Shown: in pieces, positions 41,892 to 51,493 of the stretch
How positions within the stretch are numbered: the first letter of the stretch is position 1
Layout: every line of letters starts with the position of its first letter
Source of the DNA: an uncultured Chloroflexia bacterium
GTDB lineage: Bacteria; Chloroflexota; UBA6077; JACCZL01
Assembly (NCBI GenBank): GCA_963765765.1
Contig: CAVXYC010000014.1
Span: 1-64,000 of the forward strand
Length of the DNA stretch: 64,000 nucleotides
Direction of reading: 5' to 3'
The notes under the pieces: generated by a model
Databases searched by the model: none
Seen by the model: only the letters and a program-made list of their open reading frames with translations
Told to the model about the DNA's origin: nothing
Position numbers and translations under genes: made by a program

Positions 41892-42779
41892 ATGATAGCT
41901 ACCCCTGACCTGCAGTTCGCCGATTCAGTGACTGAAGCCTACGGAGAAGATGAGCGCCACGACCTGGCCCCATGGGAGATCGAATTTGGCGAGCGCGTTG
42001 ACGCCATGTTCTGGGAGTTCTTCGATAAGAGCGAGGATCCAGAAGGATGGAATCGACGCTGGGTGATCAGTCGCGATATCGATTGGGAGGCGGTTGCCAA
42101 CGAGTCGTTGGATGAGAACCTCACCAGCCTGCTGGAATCCTTCTATGCGGTGGAAAGCTATCTGCCAGACTTCGCGGGCAAGGGGCTGGCATTCTATCGG
42201 CGGCTCCTCGGTCTCGCTCACAATCACATCAATTGGAGCTACGAGGAGCTGAAGCACGGCCGTGCGCTGGAGCTGGTGATCCTTCGGTCGGGCGGACGGA
42301 CCAAGCAAGAAATGACAGATTTCCGACGCTCCATTTGGCGAGAAGTCTGGATGGCTCCATTTAATACGCCGCGTCGAATGATCAGTTACGCCTCCATGCA
42401 GGAAAAGGCGACGCATCGGAACTACGAGCAGCTCAGGAGTGTGGCGTTGGCGCAGGGCGCCACAGGCGCCGCCGGAGCTATCAGGCTGGTCTCAAAAGAT
42501 GAAGCCTTCCATCACGCCTTCTATAAAGACGTCATGAAGCTTTACCTGGAATACGACGAGGTGGGTACGGCGCGTGACCTCTATTATGTGGCCACGCACT
42601 TTCAGATGCCGGCCCAGCACCTTCTTCCGGATGCTGCAAGCAGAATTCGCTCATTAGCTCGGAATCGGATCGTGAGCAAACGGTCGCTTCGCGATGAGTC
42701 CATTATTCCCACGATTAAGTCCATCGGATTTCGCGATCTCGATGAGCTTGCCAGTGTGGCAGGAATCAGCGCGACCTAA
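41892..42779 (+). CDS. Soluble acyl-ACP desaturase-like ferritin-fold diiron enzyme
   Basis: VESYLPDF, WSYEELKHG, YASMQEKAT, DEAFHHAFY, FQMP. Confidence 0.82.
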   Translation: MIATPDLQFADSVTEAYGEDERHDLAPWEIEFGERVDAMFWEFFDKSEDPEGWNRRWVISRDIDWEAVANESLDENLTSLLESFYAVESYLPDFAGKGLAFYRRLLGLAHNHINWSYEELKHGRALELVILRSGGRTKQEMTDFRRSIWREVWMAPFNTPRRMISYASMQEKATHRNYEQLRSVALAQGATGAAGAIRLVSKDEAFHHAFYKDVMKLYLEYDEVGTARDLYYVATHFQMPAQHLLPDAASRIRSLARNRIVSKRSLRDESIIPTIKSIGFRDLDELASVAGISAT

Positions 42780-42789
42780 ACGGCGCTGC

Positions 42790-43458
42790 CTAACAGGAGC
42801 TGTTAAGAAGCTTCTGGCCAACTGTGATCCGCGACAGGAGCTGATCGAGGAGCACCGCCGTGGCTCCCCAGATCTTGTGCGACTCGAATTGGAAGAAGCC
42901 CTCGAGAACCGTTTCTCCCTGGTTATCGCGCTCTCCCGTACGGAATGCTGATTCCTGCATCAATGCGCTCAACGGTACCTCCACGAGGCTGGCCACCTCG
43001 TTTGGATTCAGTCTGAACTCTGGGTACTCCGGTGAGTACGCGACGAAAGCGGTGACGTAATACCGCGACGCGGCCACGTAGATCGGCCTCAGCGCTGCCC
43101 ACGGCGCGTTTCCCGTTAGGTTGACCCCGATCTCCTCGTTCGTTTCGCGGACGGCCGCGTCCCACGGCGATGCGTCGTCTGCCTCAATTCGGCCGCCTGG
43201 CAACGATATCTGCCCGCCGTGATTTCCGAGATGTGCCGTCCGCTCGGTGAGCGCCAGGGTAATGTCGTTGTTGCGCGGATAGAGAAGAGCCATGACAGCG
43301 CCATGACGGGCTGTCAAACCTTCGGGAGGGCCGGACAAACGCGGTACGATCTCCCCCGTCAACGTACGACGGATCATTCGAGGCGAGACGGCGGGTACAA
43401 GCCCGTCGCTTGCCTCGAGCGCGGCACGGATGACGGAGTCCGTGAGTCTCAAAGTCAC
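42790..43458 (-). CDS. Nudix CoA pyrophosphatase (CoAse)
   Basis: LTER..HLGNHGGQISLPGGR, AVRETNEEIG, NPNEV, IWGATA. Confidence 0.92.
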   Translation of the reverse strand: MTLRLTDSVIRAALEASDGLVPAVSPRMIRRTLTGEIVPRLSGPPEGLTARHGAVMALLYPRNNDITLALTERTAHLGNHGGQISLPGGRIEADDASPWDAAVRETNEEIGVNLTGNAPWAALRPIYVAASRYYVTAFVAYSPEYPEFRLNPNEVASLVEVPLSALMQESAFRTGERDNQGETVLEGFFQFESHKIWGATAVLLDQLLSRITVGQKLLNSSC

Positions 43459-43464
43459 CAGGGG

Positions 43465-43974
43465 TCAGCGCCTCGCGGGAATCATTTCGTCGAGAAGCTC
43501 CAGGGCCGCACGAGCGAAGGCGTCCATATTGCCGATGCGATCGGGACTGGCGGTCTCGATGGTGACAGCACGCTCGGTTGGACCGGCAACCGCGAGACAA
43601 ACATGCCCAGCCGCGTCGCCGTAGCGATTGCCCGTTGGTCCGGTGGCGCCTGTCTCACCCAAGCCCCAGGTGGTCGCGTGAATGTCACGTGTACCTCGCG
43701 CAAGCACCAGCGCATGACCTTCGGTGGAGGCGCGTGGGTTAGTAAGGACTTCTTCTGACAGATGGAGCGCTGCTTCTTTGGCCACGCGTGTGTAGACCAC
43801 CGCGCCGCCGACGAAGTAAGCCGAGGCTCCTGGGACCGCCAAAAGGGCCGCGGAGATCAGGCCGCCGGCAGATGACTCAGCAACAGCGATCGTGTCACCG
43901 CGCGCTTTGAGGCGCTCGCCCACCCGCTCTGCCAGGGCAACCAATCCCGCGAAATCCACACCGCTCTCGGCCAT
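43465..43974 (-). CDS. CinA/PncC-family nicotinamide-nucleotide amidohydrolase
   Basis: IAVAESSAGGLIS, VPGASAYF, ETGATGPTG. Confidence 0.9.
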   Translation of the reverse strand: MAESGVDFAGLVALAERVGERLKARGDTIAVAESSAGGLISAALLAVPGASAYFVGGAVVYTRVAKEAALHLSEEVLTNPRASTEGHALVLARGTRDIHATTWGLGETGATGPTGNRYGDAAGHVCLAVAGPTERAVTIETASPDRIGNMDAFARAALELLDEMIPARR

Positions 43975-44091
43975 GCCGCCACCTCCAGAGTTGCACTCAA
44001 CTCGCTGAGTATAGCCGCACGTCAACGGCGCCAAAATCTCACTGGCTGGCGTACACTGCGAAGACCAGTAACGATCGAGGAGCATCGCCAG

Positions 44092-44952
44092 ATGGATATC
44101 GGCATTGGGCTGCCCGCCACGATTCCGGGAGTGAAACCGGACCAGATTCTCGACTTCGCTCGCAAGGCCGACGCTGGACCGTTCACCACGCTGACGATGA
44201 TCGACCGACTCGTATTCGATAACTACGAGCCGCTGGTAACGCTTGCCGCGGTGGCGGTTGCCACCACAAAGGTGAAGCTGATGCCGTCTGTCCTGCTGGC
44301 TCCGCTCCGCAACACCGCCTGGCTCGCCAAGCAGGCCGCCACGCTCGACGCTATCTCGGGTGGTCGGCTGGTGCTAGGACTTGGTGTAGGCGCTCGGGGC
44401 GATGATTTCACGGCTGCTGAGGCAGATCTCGGCGGTCGGGGAAAGCACTTTGAAGAACAGATTCATTTAATGAAGCGAATCTGGTCGGGTCAACCGTTTA
44501 GCGACGAGGTCGGACCGATCGGCCCTCCACCCGGACGAAAGGGCGGGCCGCTGCTCATGATAGGTGGGTACCACCCGAACGCCATCAATCGTGTGCGATG
44601 GGCCGATGGATACGTGACGGGCGGGCGCCCGGTCTCAGAGCTACGTCAGTTCTACGATATGGCTGAGGCAGCATGGCGTGACGAAGGTCGCCCTGGAAGG
44701 CCTCAATTTCAATCTGGGATCCCATTCGCCCTTGGGGAGCGAGCGCTCGAAGGGACGATCGCATTTGGTCAGAAATACTACGCATTCATGGGCCCTAATG
44801 TGGCGAAACGAACCGCGGCTATCCTGAAGACACCCGAGGAGATCCGTGACGCCATCAAGGCGTTTCAGGACATTGGTACGGACGAGCTAACCTTCAGCCC
44901 CGGAGTTCCTGATCTCGATCAAGTGGAGCGACTAGCGGACATCGTCGGATAG
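44092..44952 (+). CDS. LLM-class flavin (possibly F420)-dependent oxidoreductase
   Basis: EPLVTLAAVA, LAPLR...LAKQAATLDAISGGRLVLGLGVG. Confidence 0.9.
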   Translation: MDIGIGLPATIPGVKPDQILDFARKADAGPFTTLTMIDRLVFDNYEPLVTLAAVAVATTKVKLMPSVLLAPLRNTAWLAKQAATLDAISGGRLVLGLGVGARGDDFTAAEADLGGRGKHFEEQIHLMKRIWSGQPFSDEVGPIGPPPGRKGGPLLMIGGYHPNAINRVRWADGYVTGGRPVSELRQFYDMAEAAWRDEGRPGRPQFQSGIPFALGERALEGTIAFGQKYYAFMGPNVAKRTAAILKTPEEIRDAIKAFQDIGTDELTFSPGVPDLDQVERLADIVG

Positions 44953-44966
44953 AAAGAGAGAAGCTC

Positions 44967-45755
44967 ATGGCAACGGAGCTAGCTACGCATCTAAATCTCG
45001 TCATTGCCAAAACCGGGCCTATGCTGGTGCGCACGCCACGCTGGGTACGCGCGAAGATCGGCGACGTATACGTCGCCGATAGCAAGAGGGTCATGCTGGT
45101 CCGCGAACCCGGAACGCTGCCTGTGTTCGCCTTCCCACGATCGGACGTCCGCGTGGACGTCCTGCGTCCTACGTCCGAGACGCGCGAGAGCCCCAACCTA
45201 GGACCGATCGCGTGCTATTCCATCGAGCTCGATGGAAGGCTCCTGGAGAACGCCGCCTGGACGTGGCCGTCGCTGCCCGACGAGTATGCTGACCTGGCCG
45301 ACCATGTGGCCTTCAGATGGGATGCAGTCGACCATTGGTACGAAGAGGCGGAGGAGATATTCCGCCACCCACGTGATCCGTTCCATCGCGTGGATGCAAT
45401 CGGCAGCGAGCGCCACGTGCGCATCTTGCACAATGGCCAGGTCATCGCCGAGTCACGTCGACCGCGACTACTCTTCGAGACCGGGCACCCAGTTCGGTAC
45501 TACCTGCCGACCGAGGACATCCGGATGGAGCTCCTTGAGCCAACTGATTCCATCTCCGCCTGTCCCTACAAGGGCACAGCGAGCTACTGGCGTGTCAAGG
45601 ACGATGCGAGCGGCCGCGATATCGCCTGGTCTTACGCCGACCCCATTCGGGAATGCCCGTCCATTCGGGGGCTGATCTCCTTCTACAACGAGCGTATTGA
45701 CGGCATCGAAGTAGACGGCGACCTGGTCACAAAGCCGCAGACAAACTGGTCCTAG
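44967..45755 (+). CDS. Tandem DUF427-domain protein
   Basis: Two repeats; HPRDPFHRVD, LFETGHPVRYYLP, CPYKGTASYW, AWSY. Confidence 0.9.
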   Translation: MATELATHLNLVIAKTGPMLVRTPRWVRAKIGDVYVADSKRVMLVREPGTLPVFAFPRSDVRVDVLRPTSETRESPNLGPIACYSIELDGRLLENAAWTWPSLPDEYADLADHVAFRWDAVDHWYEEAEEIFRHPRDPFHRVDAIGSERHVRILHNGQVIAESRRPRLLFETGHPVRYYLPTEDIRMELLEPTDSISACPYKGTASYWRVKDDASGRDIAWSYADPIRECPSIRGLISFYNERIDGIEVDGDLVTKPQTNWS

Positions 45756-46053
45756 CACCGAAGGAGTGACGCGTGACAGCGGGGCGGGTGGCCGACCTCT
45801 CCTGCCATTTGACACGCCTATGACCGTGACTTCCGCGTGGGGCTCGCCGCTCTCGCGGACCGCCTGATCTGTCAACAAGGACGATCCGGACGTCACATAT
45901 TTGTCACGTTCGGTTTGATTGTGACCGGCACCGCAATCGCGTGAGTTGAGCTCTCTGCGACGTTGACGCAGATCTCACCCGGCCTTATGTCCTTCTCCCA
46001 GTCGCCGCCGGACCGCGGTCGAGCCCACCCGGCAGCTCCGTTCTGGCCGGCCC

Positions 46054-46069
46054 CGGCACAGGGGCTGCG
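46054..46069 (+). promoter_or_regulatory. Sigma54-like -24/-12 motif
   Basis: CGGCACAGGGGCTGCG (GG-N10-GC), 50 nt before ATG 46119. Confidence 0.4.
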
Positions 46070-46118
46070 CTAATTCCGCTTTGACAGCAGGCACGAGCCG
46101 AACGTCTAGGAGGAACCA

Positions 46119-46452
46119 ATGCGGCGAATGATCGCGACCGGCCTGGCGGTGCTGGGCCTAAGCGCGTCCTCGCTAGCTGGGGCGCTACGCGCGCCTGCCG
46201 ATGCGCACGCGCTGACCGAGTCCCCTATCACCAGAGCGGCTGAGGTGTGCCGTCAGGCGGACGAACGCGGGGACCTGAAGGCTTTAAGCATCACGCGGGG
46301 CGACTGCGTGGACTCGCTCGATCGGGCCGCGTACCGAGCAGGCAACTCATGACATCGCTGCGCTCTGCGCGGTGGTGGGCGTACAGACGAACGTGGGCGC
46401 CACCACGACGAATCAGTGCATTCGGAACGTCGAAGACCTTTTAGCCATCTAA
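46119..46452 (+). CDS. Small secreted four-cysteine protein (one apparent extra base ~46320)
   Basis: AGGAGG RBS; signal ending AHA; EVCRQ...RGDCV, then after frame correction ALCAVV...TNQCI to TAA 46450-46452. Confidence 0.65.
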
Positions 46453-46653
46453 TCGTGGCCGGTCGAGCGTTAGGGCCAACCGAGGCCGCTCCGGCCCCAG
46501 AGCTCAGTGGCGCCCGATTGAGATCGACGGCGTCCAGCCAGACAGACCCGAAAGAGATAAGGATCGCGGGCTGATTCCCGCAGACCCCTCAATGTTGTGG
46601 ATCTTCCGAGACGGGTCCGTGCCTCCCCGACTCTCACGGAGCTCGGCGAGATG

Positions 46654-48045
46654 CTAGTCGCCGTGAGCGTCGGGGTCGAAAGGAGGTGTCGCTGTTGGAG
46701 TCGGAATTGGCCCGGAAGTCGGGGTGGAGGCCAGGGTCGGCGTCGATGTTACTGTTGGGGACGGAAGCGATAAGGATGCTCCACCGACCGCCGCGGCGGC
46801 GTTGATCCGACCGTGCGCGGTGAAGTTCCTAAAATCCGTCCCGGTCCCTCTCGTGCGATCCGCCGTACTCTCAATTCGGTTCCGGACGCAGCCGTTGTCT
46901 TTGGGCTTGCAGAGGTCAGTCGACCAGATGAGCCCGGCCAAGCCCGCCACGTGTGGGGTGGCCATGGATGTCCCGTTGAGGGGGGCGTACCCACCCGTCC
47001 CTGATCCCCAGAGGGCCGTGCTGACCTTCGGTGCGGTCGACAGGATATCCGCGCCGGGCGCGGCCACGTCGACCCAGTTACCACCATAGTTGGAGAAGCT
47101 TGCTCTGGCATCCTTGCGGTCAGTCGCGCCAACGGCGATAGAGTTCGCATAGGCGCCCGGATAGAATCCCCAGTTCTGTCCGTCATTGCCCGCCGCAGCA
47201 GCGATGACAACTCCGGCATCCCACGCGTGGTTGACAGCCAGCTCGAGCGTCTGCGAGAGCGAGTATCCACCCAAGCTCAGGTTGATCACCTGAGCACCAT
47301 CATCCGCGGCGGCGACGATCCCATTAGCAATCCAATCCCACTGCCCGCTGCCACTGTCGTCCAACACCCTGTAGTTCCAGACGGAGCACTGCGGGCAGGT
47401 GCCGCTGACGCCCGACGTGTTGTTTGTACTTCGCCGCGACGCTCCCCGCAACGTGGGTTCCATGACCGTACCGGCCATCGGCCGACCCGCTACCTGTGAA
47501 ATCTCGGCTCCGGGCAATGGCGAGATCTTCATGGGTCGAGTCGACACCGGTATCGATGACGGCCACATTGACGCTCGAGCTGCCTTTGATCCCGGCAGTG
47601 TTCCAGACTTCGTACGCATCAATGTCGGCGTCGGTGGTGCCGCCCGACTGACCCGTATTGCGATACTGCCATTGCTCGTCAAACCGAGCATCGTTGGGAT
47701 ACGTCGCCCCGTGGGTGATCGCCTCATAGCGGCGGTTGGGCTCTGCTAATTGCACATTGGGGTTCTGTCCGTAAGCCGCGGCGGCTGCCACCTCGCGGCC
47801 TGGCGGGACTTGGACCACCTGGACGTCGATCCGAGGGATTGTCGATCGTACCTGCGCCTGCTGCGCCCGATGAGCGTCGGCCACCTCTTGTCCCGGGGTT
47901 CCCGGGCGAAACTTGACCAGCACCTCCCCCGACGACGGGCGAGGCGGCTGGGCACGCTGCCTCGCCCGCGGAAACCGAGCGGTATCAAGGCGAAGCACAG
48001 GGCGATCATGGCAAAGGTTAGAACAACACGCGGTACCGTGAGCAT
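46654..48045 (-). CDS. S8 subtilisin/thermitase-like secreted protease, several frameshifts
   Basis: Signal, propeptide GEVLVKFRPG...AEPN, VAVIDTGVD (Asp), GHGTHVAG (His), AAAGN, GTSMATPHVAG (Ser), Pro/Thr tail. Confidence 0.9.
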
Positions 48046-48374
48046 CGTTTCCAGGAGGTCCTGGGAGTGCCGAGGCTGCTGCTCAGGCTGTCTCGACCTC
48101 CATGTCCGCTGGACGCAGGCGCATCGTTTCGAGACTCACCACGCCTGGCGGACGATGTCCAGGTAGAACCCAGACTAAATGCCGGAGTACGCGTTCGCCC
48201 CAGGCCGAAAACGGACGGCGCTCTCGCTGTTCGCGGCGGGCCTGATGCATCGGATGCCCAGATTAGTGAGGAGTGGTCCGCTGATGCGGCGCAACGCAGG
48301 TCCTGGAGCATCGGTCCTTGAAACTCGCGGATGTCGTGCTCCCTGCGGCGAACGATCTGCAACGGTAATGTGAT

Positions 48375-48401
48375 TCAGCAAATCCGAAAACTCGTCGATA
48401 A
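48375..48401 (+). promoter_or_regulatory. Sigma28 (FliA/SigD)-type promoter upstream of flgM remnant
   Basis: TCAG-N15-GTCGATAA versus consensus TAAA-N15-GCCGATAA, exact spacing, expected position. Confidence 0.65.
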
Positions 48402-48445
48402 TGGTAGCGAGTGGTAGTCGCGGAATATCGCGAAAAGGACAAGGC

Positions 48446-48674
48446 ATGGAGACCGAGATCACCCAAGCGCAGGCGTCTCGCGCAATAGATGGTCTCAATG
48501 CGGCGCTCATAGTGGGGTCTCAGAGTATCTGTGGCGTGCCACGTGCGGGCCAGTCAGCGGCGAACCAGTCAGATGTCCGGTGGCGATACGCCCACGAAAA
48601 TCAAGGAAGACTTCGGGGAGTGGACGTCCGCTGCGTCCGGTGAGCTACTCGTCCTGAAACTGATCGATGGTTAA
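48446..48674 (+). pseudogene. flgM: Degenerate anti-sigma28 flgM remnant
   Basis: AAGGA RBS and ATG; DVR, then in shifted frame KIKEDFGEWTSAASGELLVLKLIDG*, resembling the FlgM C-terminus; stop overlaps flgN start; synteny. Confidence 0.5.
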
Positions 48675-49140
48675 AACGACGGTCGCAAACGATGCGCTCT
48701 TCGAGCTGGTGAACGCTCTCGACTGTGTATCCATGACGCTCTCGGAGATGACGCGTGTGCTGGAAGCCCAACGCGAAGCAGTGTCGTTGAACGACCTATC
48801 CCGGCTTCTCGTCGTCACGGGCGAGCAGGACGAACTGACGGCTCAACTTGAGCGATGCGACCGTCGGCGCCAGCGAGCGCAAGCGCACATTGAGCGCGAC
48901 CTCGAGGTCGTTGGACTGCGCGCCATCATCGCAGCACTACCTGACGCGCTCCAGTTCCGCACTCGCCTCACCGAGCTGGCCGACGCGATCGGTCCGAAAA
49001 CCGAGGCCCTTCGCGAGCACGGTCGATTTCCCTCGCAGCTCCAGATAGCGTCCATGGAGCAAGCTCGACAATCCCGCGCATATCTGCTCCAGGAAGCCGG
49101 CAGAGAGCCAGCATACGCTGCTCCGTTGTTCACTCTATGA
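48667..49140 (+). CDS. flgN: Flagellar export chaperone FlgN-like (open, possibly decaying)
   Basis: Helical pattern LEAQREAVSLNDLSRLLVVTGEQDELTAQLERCDRRRQ; C-terminal AY; position before flgK. Confidence 0.7.
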   Translation: MVKTTVANDALFELVNALDCVSMTLSEMTRVLEAQREAVSLNDLSRLLVVTGEQDELTAQLERCDRRRQRAQAHIERDLEVVGLRAIIAALPDALQFRTRLTELADAIGPKTEALREHGRFPSQLQIASMEQARQSRAYLLQEAGREPAYAAPLFTL

Positions 49141-49470
49141 TCGATACGGCCTTCGGCCTCGCTCCGGCGTTCCGTGCCCTGCACACTCAGCAGACGGACT
49201 AGCGCATGACGACTCGAAATGTGGCCAGCGCGATTACCTGGGGCTTCAGGCGACTGGGCGCCAGCTTTGTGGTCACAGCCTGCCTGGACACCGCCAACGC
49301 CCACAAGAATCTGAATCGATCAAGGCCAGCCAAGCTTCGCTCCACGATAGCGGACACTGATTTCGTCCCGGCCATTACGGGTCTCACCGAGCAGGCGACG
49401 GTTTTCAAGACCGCCGTGGAAGAAGGTCGGTCGGCCATTCCGCTTGGCCCGCCGGATCACCTGGGGCAGA
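49137..49470 (+). pseudogene. flgK/flgL: Deletion fusion of flgK 5' end to flgL 3' end, in-frame TAG at 49200
   Basis: ATGA overlap with flgN; FGLAPAFRALHTQQTD*RMTTRNVASAITWGFRR resembles FlgK N-terminus; LRSTIADTDFVPAITGLTEQATVFKTAVEEGRSAIPLGPPDHL resembles FlgL C-terminus. Confidence 0.72.
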
Positions 49471-49479
49471 GGAGTATTT

Positions 49480-49664
49480 ATGGCACCCGTTGACACTAGT
49501 GGCTTGGGAAGACTCGAAGCGCTCGTGCTCGCTGACGAGCCGACTCTCACGTTTCCCGAGGTGCTGCCCCGTTTTGAATTCGTGGCCGAGTCAGCGTTCA
49601 TTGGGAATCAGCGTGTCCCCACATGTACGACCAGCTCGGACGCATCACGCTCGCTGAGCCCATT
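49480..49664 (+). pseudogene. fliW: Internally deleted fliW remnant
   Basis: AGAGGAG RBS; MAPVDTSGLGRLE...TLTFPEVLPRFE resembles FliW T.RFG..E...I.FPEGLPGFE; only ~60 codons; directly upstream of csrA. Confidence 0.65.
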
Positions 49665-49916
49665 GTGCTCGTTCTGAGCCGTCGCGCCGGCGAATCCATT
49701 CTGATCGGCGGCGAGGTCGAGGTCATCATTCTGGGCAACGAGGGCGGCCAGGTCAGGGTCGGCATCCGCGCCCCACGAAACATCACCGTCCTTCGGAAAG
49801 AGCTTCTCCAGGAAGTGGAGGACGAGAAACGCCAGCCCGCCTCCGGCACCGTCCCCGGCGGCCTGAGCGCCCTGGCCGAGAAGACCGAGATCGGACCGAA
49901 GTCGATAGCCAAGTAA
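49665..49916 (+). CDS. csrA: Carbon storage regulator CsrA/RsmA (with C-terminal extension)
   Basis: GTG start; LVLSRRAGESILIGGEVEVIILGNEGGQVRVGIRAPRNITVLRKEL. Confidence 0.9.
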   Translation: MLVLSRRAGESILIGGEVEVIILGNEGGQVRVGIRAPRNITVLRKELLQEVEDEKRQPASGTVPGGLSALAEKTEIGPKSIAK

Positions 49917-49989
49917 CCGTTCGCTCGATTGTCTTTGGTCTAGGAGAGCTCGCTTCGACTGAAGCGGGCTCTCCGTTTTGTGCCTGGAT

Positions 49990-50200
49990 CTCGAGCTCGC
50001 TGGTACTACAGAACCTGGCGGCTGGTCTCTCGAACGAGGAGATCGCGGAACGGATGGGCTTCGCCGAGAGTACGGTGAAGAATCGACTCTCGATGCTCTT
50101 TCTCAAGATTAGCGTCGCCGATCGTACGCAAGCCGCCATCTACGCCATCCGTCACGGTTTCGCGCCGCTCGACCCGGCAACATCTGATTCGCTTGCGTGA
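49990..50200 (+). pseudogene. Orphan LuxR/NarL helix-turn-helix fragment
   Basis: VLQNLAAGLSNEEIAERMGFAESTVKNRLSMLFLKISVADRTQAAIYAIRHG; no start or receiver domain. Confidence 0.8.
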
Positions 50201-50815
50201 TCGAGCAAATCGACGGCCCAAACGCCATAACACTGGCGCGAGCCTAGCGGTGTATGACTCATTTTTGTTGGTCGTGTACCGGGGATGCTGGGACGCGCTC
50301 CTGGGACCGCCGACATATTTGACTGAGACCCAGCCTAGCGCGATCGGATCGCGCGCATGGTTCATGATGACGTTATAAGGACTCGCCGCGCGCGTCATAG
50401 CGGCGGACCTTAGGACGCGATTCTGCAAGACAGGCCGCAACGACGATGCGACAGAGGAGCTGGCAGTCATCCGCACCGGACTTGATATGGCCGTGGTGAA
50501 ACTTCGAGATTGCTCGTGGAGCTACGGCCTCCCGCCTGAATTCAGCGCCTACGCGCCCTACCCGGCACTCGGTCAGCCATCGTTTGTCGAGTTGAAACTG
50601 CGGTGGGTCGCTCATTCGGCTCGACACACCGCGGCATACATCTTAATCTCGGTGGCCTGGGCGAGCATCAGCGGCGGAATGGCGACCCCTAGCTTTCGGG
50701 CCGCTATCCGCGCCGCGAGCAGCTGAAGCACCCGTCCGTCAGGCGGGCAATTCAGGCAGTTATTGGTCGCTCCGTCCGATACACTGATAGGCACTTCTCG
50801 CCCGGTGACTGCTAC

Positions 50816-51394
50816 TCAGTCCAGTGCCTTGCGCATCGCCCGTTCCAGAAGGTTGCCACCGGACTTCTCTTCTTCGGGCTCGCGATCGGTGGGGTAGATT
50901 TCACGCACCTGCCCAGTCTCATCCGGGTCGTCCACGACGAGACGCTCACGGAGCACCGTATCCTCAACAAGCCGCGTTTCGTTGCGGCGAACATGGCGTA
51001 CCCGCACGTGCTCCTTCAGCACCAATCGTTTCACCACGACAAGCTGCTCTTCGTAGATCGGAATGACGGTCACGCCGTCCTCTTCCCAGGGCTCGGCGCG
51101 CTCTGAGACTTCCTGACCAATCGGTTCACGCTCAAGCTGCACTTCATCTCGAAGTGCCTCAACCTCAAGGTGAGCCGGGACGGCTTCGACATCTCGTCGA
51201 ATTCGAACCGTACCTGCTGGCACCACAGTCTTGCGCGCAATCAGCTCCTCTTCACGCAGCTCCATGGAGCGCCTCTCGGAACTGTTAGCCGCGCTCGGAA
51301 TGTTGGATTCATCGATCGTCTCCCGCGGTTCGGTCGGCAGTGTGGCGTCGTCGCCTACATCATGCCGGTCAATGTGCTGCCGTTGTCTTTCCAT
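50816..51394 (-). CDS. YsnF/AvaK (DUF2382) domain protein
   Basis: AGGAGG RBS; MELREEELIARK..V..GTVRIRR, IPIYEEQLVVVKRLVLKE. Confidence 0.88.
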   Translation of the reverse strand: MERQRQHIDRHDVGDDATLPTEPRETIDESNIPSAANSSERRSMELREEELIARKTVVPAGTVRIRRDVEAVPAHLEVEALRDEVQLEREPIGQEVSERAEPWEEDGVTVIPIYEEQLVVVKRLVLKEHVRVRHVRRNETRLVEDTVLRERLVVDDPDETGQVREIYPTDREPEEEKSGGNLLERAMRKALD

Positions 51395-51493
51395 GTGCGC
51401 CCTCCTGGCCGTTGAGTCTCAACCATTGATAGTCTTGGAAGGGAGGCCATTGTAATGGCCATCCCTCCGCTTTAATTGCAGCCGCACGGGTCA

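Noticed and set aside
45892-45913. Pho-box-like GTCAC direct repeat, 11-bp period
   Set aside because: Only two short units and no phosphate-related gene nearby
50440-50560. Possible sigma-factor region-2 remnant (TGLDMAVVKL...EFSAYA), tempting as fliA next to the flagellar fossil
   Set aside because: Resemblance too weak and spacing off; would need an HMM hit
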